Below, one piece after another: positions 16,251-19,776 of a stretch of 19,776 nt of DNA. Position 1 is the stretch's first letter, and each line of letters opens with the position of its first letter. The position numbers and the translations under genes were made by a program. The stretch lies in contig JARRQT010000077.1 of assembly GCA_037381445.1 (NCBI GenBank), positions 16,060 through 35,835 on the forward strand. The letters run 5' to 3'. The notes under the pieces are model-generated. The model was not told the origin of the DNA. It made no database searches and saw only the letters and a list, made by a program, of their open reading frames with translations. The stretch is from Calditrichia bacterium. Lineage in GTDB: Bacteria > Calditrichota > Calditrichia > RBG-13-44-9.

Positions 16251-17558
16251 CTATTTAATACTGAGCCGGGGCGACCATTTTGGCGAAAAATGATTACCCG
16301 AGTCAGTTAACTGCCGGAGATGGGAGCCGTCCCAGTTCATTACGTAGATATCCCATTTTCCGGTGCGGTTCGATGCGAAGACAACTTTCAATCCGTCGGG
16401 GGACCATGACGGGTTCTCATTGCTTCCCTCCCCGTTGGTCAGCGCAGTTGTATTTTCGCCGGTCACTTCCACGGTATATATTTGAAATCCGCCCTCTTCG
16501 CGGGAGACATAGGCGATGCGGTCGCCCCGCGGGGACCAGGCAGGGGAGTCATTATAATTTCCCAAATAGGTAAGCCTGCGCACATTGCCGCCTTCCGCGT
16601 CCATGAGGTAGACCTGCGGATTACCGCTGCGGTCCGATGTGAAGGCGATTTCATTGCCGGTGGGAGACCATGAAGGTGATGAATCGATAGATGGGCCGGA
16701 AGTCAGCCGGCGGAGATGCCCACCTCCGGAATCCATGATGTAGATATCCGCGTTGCCGTCCCTGGTCAGCGTAAAAGCGATTTTTTTGCCGTCAGGCGAC
16801 CAGCAGGGAGCAGTGGGAAGCCCCCCCTGTTTCCACAGGGATGTCATGGCCCCGCTGGAGATATCCATCGAAACCAGCTCCGGGGTCCCTGACTTGTAGC
16901 TGGTGAAGGCGATCCGCTTTCCGTCCGGTGACCAGGCCGGAGAAAGGTTCAGGGAATTCATATTTGTTAATTTTTCCAGATCGTTGGCATCGTAATCCAT
17001 CACAGAAATTTCTTTGACACCGCTTTTGCCGCTAGTGAAGGCGATCCGGCTGGAAGCGACACCCCTTTCGCCAATCAGATAGTAGACAACCTCGTCGGCG
17101 GCCTGATGCGCCAGCCAGCGGAAAGAACCGAAGGCGGACTGAAATTTTTTCCGGAAAATGGCCTGCTGGCCCGGCAGTTCCTCCAGGTCTGCGGAAAGCT
17201 GCAATTCATTGCCATTGATTCCCAGCGTGCCCAGCAGCCGCACAGCCGCAGCGGATGATGCCGGAAGGGCGCCTCCCAATCCGGCGGTCTGGCCTGAGGC
17301 CTGGACGCCCGGCACTTCATCGACAACGCGGAAGAAGCCGGACAATTTCAGATCATTGATGATAACCGCTCTGATTTTCTGCGTCAGATCAGTTGGCTGC
17401 TGCGAGATAAAAGGCGGGATTGAAATCGCGATGGGCTGGAATCCCCCGGACTGTATTTTCATGTAGACATCTTCCTGTGCGGAAGCCCGGAAAATTAAAA
17501 AACCAAATACCATCAAAATCGCCAGGAGGAATGTTCGCTTTATAGTCATAACTACCAT
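16251..17558 (-). CDS. tolB: Tol-Pal beta-propeller protein TolB
   Basis: Signal peptide, TolB N-domain (DLKLSGFF, AHQAADEV) and repeated PxWSPDGxxIAF PD40 units. Sits between tolA and pal. The start may be 17549. Confidence 0.95.
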   Translation of the reverse strand: MVVMTIKRTFLLAILMVFGFLIFRASAQEDVYMKIQSGGFQPIAISIPPFISQQPTDLTQKIRAVIINDLKLSGFFRVVDEVPGVQASGQTAGLGGALPASSAAAVRLLGTLGINGNELQLSADLEELPGQQAIFRKKFQSAFGSFRWLAHQAADEVVYYLIGERGVASSRIAFTSGKSGVKEISVMDYDANDLEKLTNMNSLNLSPAWSPDGKRIAFTSYKSGTPELVSMDISSGAMTSLWKQGGLPTAPCWSPDGKKIAFTLTRDGNADIYIMDSGGGHLRRLTSGPSIDSSPSWSPTGNEIAFTSDRSGNPQVYLMDAEGGNVRRLTYLGNYNDSPAWSPRGDRIAYVSREEGGFQIYTVEVTGENTTALTNGEGSNENPSWSPDGLKVVFASNRTGKWDIYVMNWDGSHLRQLTDSGNHFSPKWSPRLSIK

Positions 17559-18187
17559 GTCGCCTCAAATTCTATGTGAACGGTTAATTGTTCGCCCGAA
17601 AACTCTTCCGGCAGAGGAGGAAGCGGACCCGCAGCATAAACGGCCCGTTGTGCCGCCTGGTCAAACAGGTATTTATTCGATGATGTTTCCACTGCTACTT
17701 CGGCAATCTTGCCGTTTCTCAGCACCCGGAAGCCCACAATGGCGCTGATTTTCTCCGCCTGTCCGGATGACTGATAGGGCGGTTTCCAGTTCTCCTGAAC
17801 GCGGTATCGCAGCAGGTTCAGATAATAGGAAAAGGGAAAATCTTTCGTGTCTACTTTCACCTGTTTACCCGATTGCCGGGCCGGGGCGGCCGTTTCTTCT
17901 TTCACCGGAGGCGCCTTGGGCGTTTCTTTTTTTACCTTTTTGGTGGTTGTTTTCACAGCCGCACTCTTCTCCTTTGCCGGTTTGGGCTTTGGCGCCGGCG
18001 GTTTGATCTCCGGTTTCGGACTCTCTTTCTTCATGGTCACTTTTTTGACCGGCGGCGGCATGCTGACCAGTTCAACCTGGTAAACATCCATCTTGCGGGG
18101 GAAGAGTCGGGAGGTAGTGCTCCAGAAAATCAAAAAAACAATGACCGATATATGTAATGCTATCGATATAAGAACGGGAATTCTCAT
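17552..18187 (-). CDS. tolA: TolA/TonB-family energy transducer (TolA by operon position)
   Basis: N-terminal anchor with SxxxH (SIALH), a Pro/Lys-rich linker and a C-terminal domain (YYLNLLRYRVQENW, SSNKYLFDQAAQRAV, PLPPLP). Confidence 0.85.
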   Translation of the reverse strand: MRIPVLISIALHISVIVFLIFWSTTSRLFPRKMDVYQVELVSMPPPVKKVTMKKESPKPEIKPPAPKPKPAKEKSAAVKTTTKKVKKETPKAPPVKEETAAPARQSGKQVKVDTKDFPFSYYLNLLRYRVQENWKPPYQSSGQAEKISAIVGFRVLRNGKIAEVAVETSSNKYLFDQAAQRAVYAAGPLPPLPEEFSGEQLTVHIEFEATW

Positions 18188-18588
18188 TTCTTGCTGTCGT
18201 CGGGTTCTACGATTAAGCCCAGGTTATTAATCCCTACACTTTTGATTTTGTCCATTAATTCGATGACTTTTCCGTAAGGCACGGCTTTATCGGCCTGCAG
18301 CATGACCTGCTGCTGATTGCGGGCCGAATATTTTTTCAGCAGAACAGTTGCGAAATTATCAGGGCTTACTCTCTCATCGTCGATGGAAATGATGCCATCG
18401 CGATTGAGGCTGACCAGGGTACCCTGTTTTGCATGGATGTCCGCCGCATTTGATTTTGGCAGCTGAACCTCCATGCCTTTGCGCAGCAGGGGGGCGGTGA
18501 TCATGAAAATGATAAGCAGCACCATGGTGACATCCACCAGATTCGTTACATTTATCTCGGAAAGGGAAGTATAGCGGCTGCGTTTCAT
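18184..18588 (-). CDS. tolR: TolR/ExbD biopolymer transport protein
   Basis: SEINVTNLVDVTMVLLIIFMITAP and ADKAVPYGKVI. Its start overlaps the tolQ stop (ATGA). Confidence 0.93.
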   Translation of the reverse strand: MKRSRYTSLSEINVTNLVDVTMVLLIIFMITAPLLRKGMEVQLPKSNAADIHAKQGTLVSLNRDGIISIDDERVSPDNFATVLLKKYSARNQQQVMLQADKAVPYGKVIELMDKIKSVGINNLGLIVEPDDSKK

Positions 18589-19277
18589 TCCGTTTTCTCC
18601 CGGTCCATGAGGCGGATCAGTTCGGTGGCGAAATTCTCCAGTTTTCCGTCCAGCCGGCGGATGTTATCCACAAAATAGTTATAGGCAATCAGGGCCGGGA
18701 TGGCCACCGCCAGACCGGCTACGGTGGTGATCAGCGCCTCGGCGATTCCCGGACCTACCGAAGAGATGTCAGCGGAACCGGTGGCGCCGATGCTCAGAAA
18801 AGCGCTCATGATTCCCCACACCGTGCCCAGCAGGCCCAGAAATGGACTCACGCTCACGGTGGTGGAGAGGATAATCATCCGTTTTTCCAGATCTGATATC
18901 TCATCTGAGTGATAGGTTCCCAGGATCGCCGCCGGAGAGACGGATTCTTTTTTCACCGCCACCGGATTTGATGCGTTTTGATAAAGCAGCTCGCGCTCTC
19001 CATTTTGGTTCCACGACTGCATCTCGCTGTAAAATCTTTTTACAACCCGCGGATAGGGACTGACCCGAAAATCGCGGCTGTAGGCGTAAAGCTCATTCCA
19101 GCCCGGATGCATCCTGAAAATCTGCAAAAACTTCCTGGATTCTCTTTTTATCTTTAAGAAGAGCCGGGTTTTTTCAAGAATGATTGCCCAGGAGACAACG
19201 GATAAGATAAGCAAAATCGTTAGAACTGCTTTGGTTACAATTCCTGCGTGGATGATAAATTGGAAAATCTCACTCAT
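18585..19277 (-). CDS. tolQ: TolQ/ExbB/MotA proton channel
   Basis: SVVSWAII, SPFLGLLGTVWGIM and GPGIAEALITTVAGLAVAIPA. First gene of the tol-pal operon. Confidence 0.94.
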   Translation of the reverse strand: MSEIFQFIIHAGIVTKAVLTILLILSVVSWAIILEKTRLFLKIKRESRKFLQIFRMHPGWNELYAYSRDFRVSPYPRVVKRFYSEMQSWNQNGERELLYQNASNPVAVKKESVSPAAILGTYHSDEISDLEKRMIILSTTVSVSPFLGLLGTVWGIMSAFLSIGATGSADISSVGPGIAEALITTVAGLAVAIPALIAYNYFVDNIRRLDGKLENFATELIRLMDREKTE

Positions 19278-19715
19278 TTTTCAACGGACCTCGCACCAAT
19301 AATTTTTACTTTTACGGTATTTCAACTTCTATGTTCAGCTCTTTTTTAGCATCGAGCAATTAATCTAATTAAGCAACATTCGTTCCTAATGCTCCCTGGG
19401 TCATTGGCAGAACTACAAAATTTGTTCGCGCTAAATTTCATTGCACAGGATATACAATATTTTGCCGGTAAAGGCAAACGGAATTTCAATTCCGGGAAGA
19501 ATTTTAGAATGAAGAAGCGTACCGGAGTGAAGGAAAAAAACAGCATTGCCAATGCAAAACGTGAAATTATTGTTAACATTCGTGGCCGATGATACTATTG
19601 TAATGATAGCATAGAATAGGGTGGCTGCGGATGTGCTGCATGCAAATAAACAGAAATATTAATAATAACCTTTGATTTTGGAATCTATGAAGTCCCTTCG
19701 GAATTAATCCTGCAT

Positions 19716-19775
19716 TCACTTTACTACTGGCCTCCGGTCACTGAAAAAATATTTGACGAATTCGGCGTCTTTGGG
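19716..19775 (-). CDS. Possible 3' end of an upstream gene running off the window
   Basis: A frame open from the window edge reads PKDAEFVKYFFSDRRPVVK*. It is too short to identify. Confidence 0.3.
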   Translation of the reverse strand, partial: PKDAEFVKYFFSDRRPVVK

Positions 19776-19776
19776 G

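Noticed and set aside
16251..16960. Periodic WSPDG-type repeats
   Set aside because: These are the normal PD40 beta-propeller repeats of TolB, not a DNA repeat array or CRISPR.
19346..19592. Short ORFs 19346-19579 (-) and 19389-19592 (+)
   Set aside because: They overlap each other in AT-rich DNA, with no motif or convincing SD, and are probably spurious.

Overview
Bacterial genomic window with a Gram-negative envelope (it carries a Tol-Pal operon and an outer-membrane porin); the taxon cannot be fixed from sequence alone. The left part (1-6085, all + strand) is a redox/detoxification run: an aldo-keto reductase 3' end, a glutaredoxin/NrdH-like gene, a 59-aa Cys-rich protein missed by the ORF track, a CPA1 Na+/H+ antiporter, an NADP-dependent oxidoreductase, an OsmC-like gene, a Gfo/Idh/MocA oxidoreductase and an enoyl-CoA hydratase. 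The glutaredoxin-like (319-561) and OsmC-like (3658-4128) genes each have an in-frame TGA exactly where the catalytic Cys belongs, followed by a SECIS-like hairpin, so both are very probably selenoproteins that the ORF track truncates or splits. The middle has an OprB-family porin in which 127 bp (6772-6898) is a 126/127-identical, in-frame, inverted copy of part of the nearby methyltransferase gene (9076-9202). This is either a chimeric gene or intragenic inverted repeat, or an assembly artefact. Then come a DUF885-like lipoprotein, the methyltransferase, a TPR protein, a Ste24/M48 protease, a DUF3857-transglutaminase lipoprotein and, on the - strand, a complete tolQ-tolR-tolA-tolB-pal-cpoB operon. 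I saw no rRNA, tRNA, CRISPR array or mobile element.
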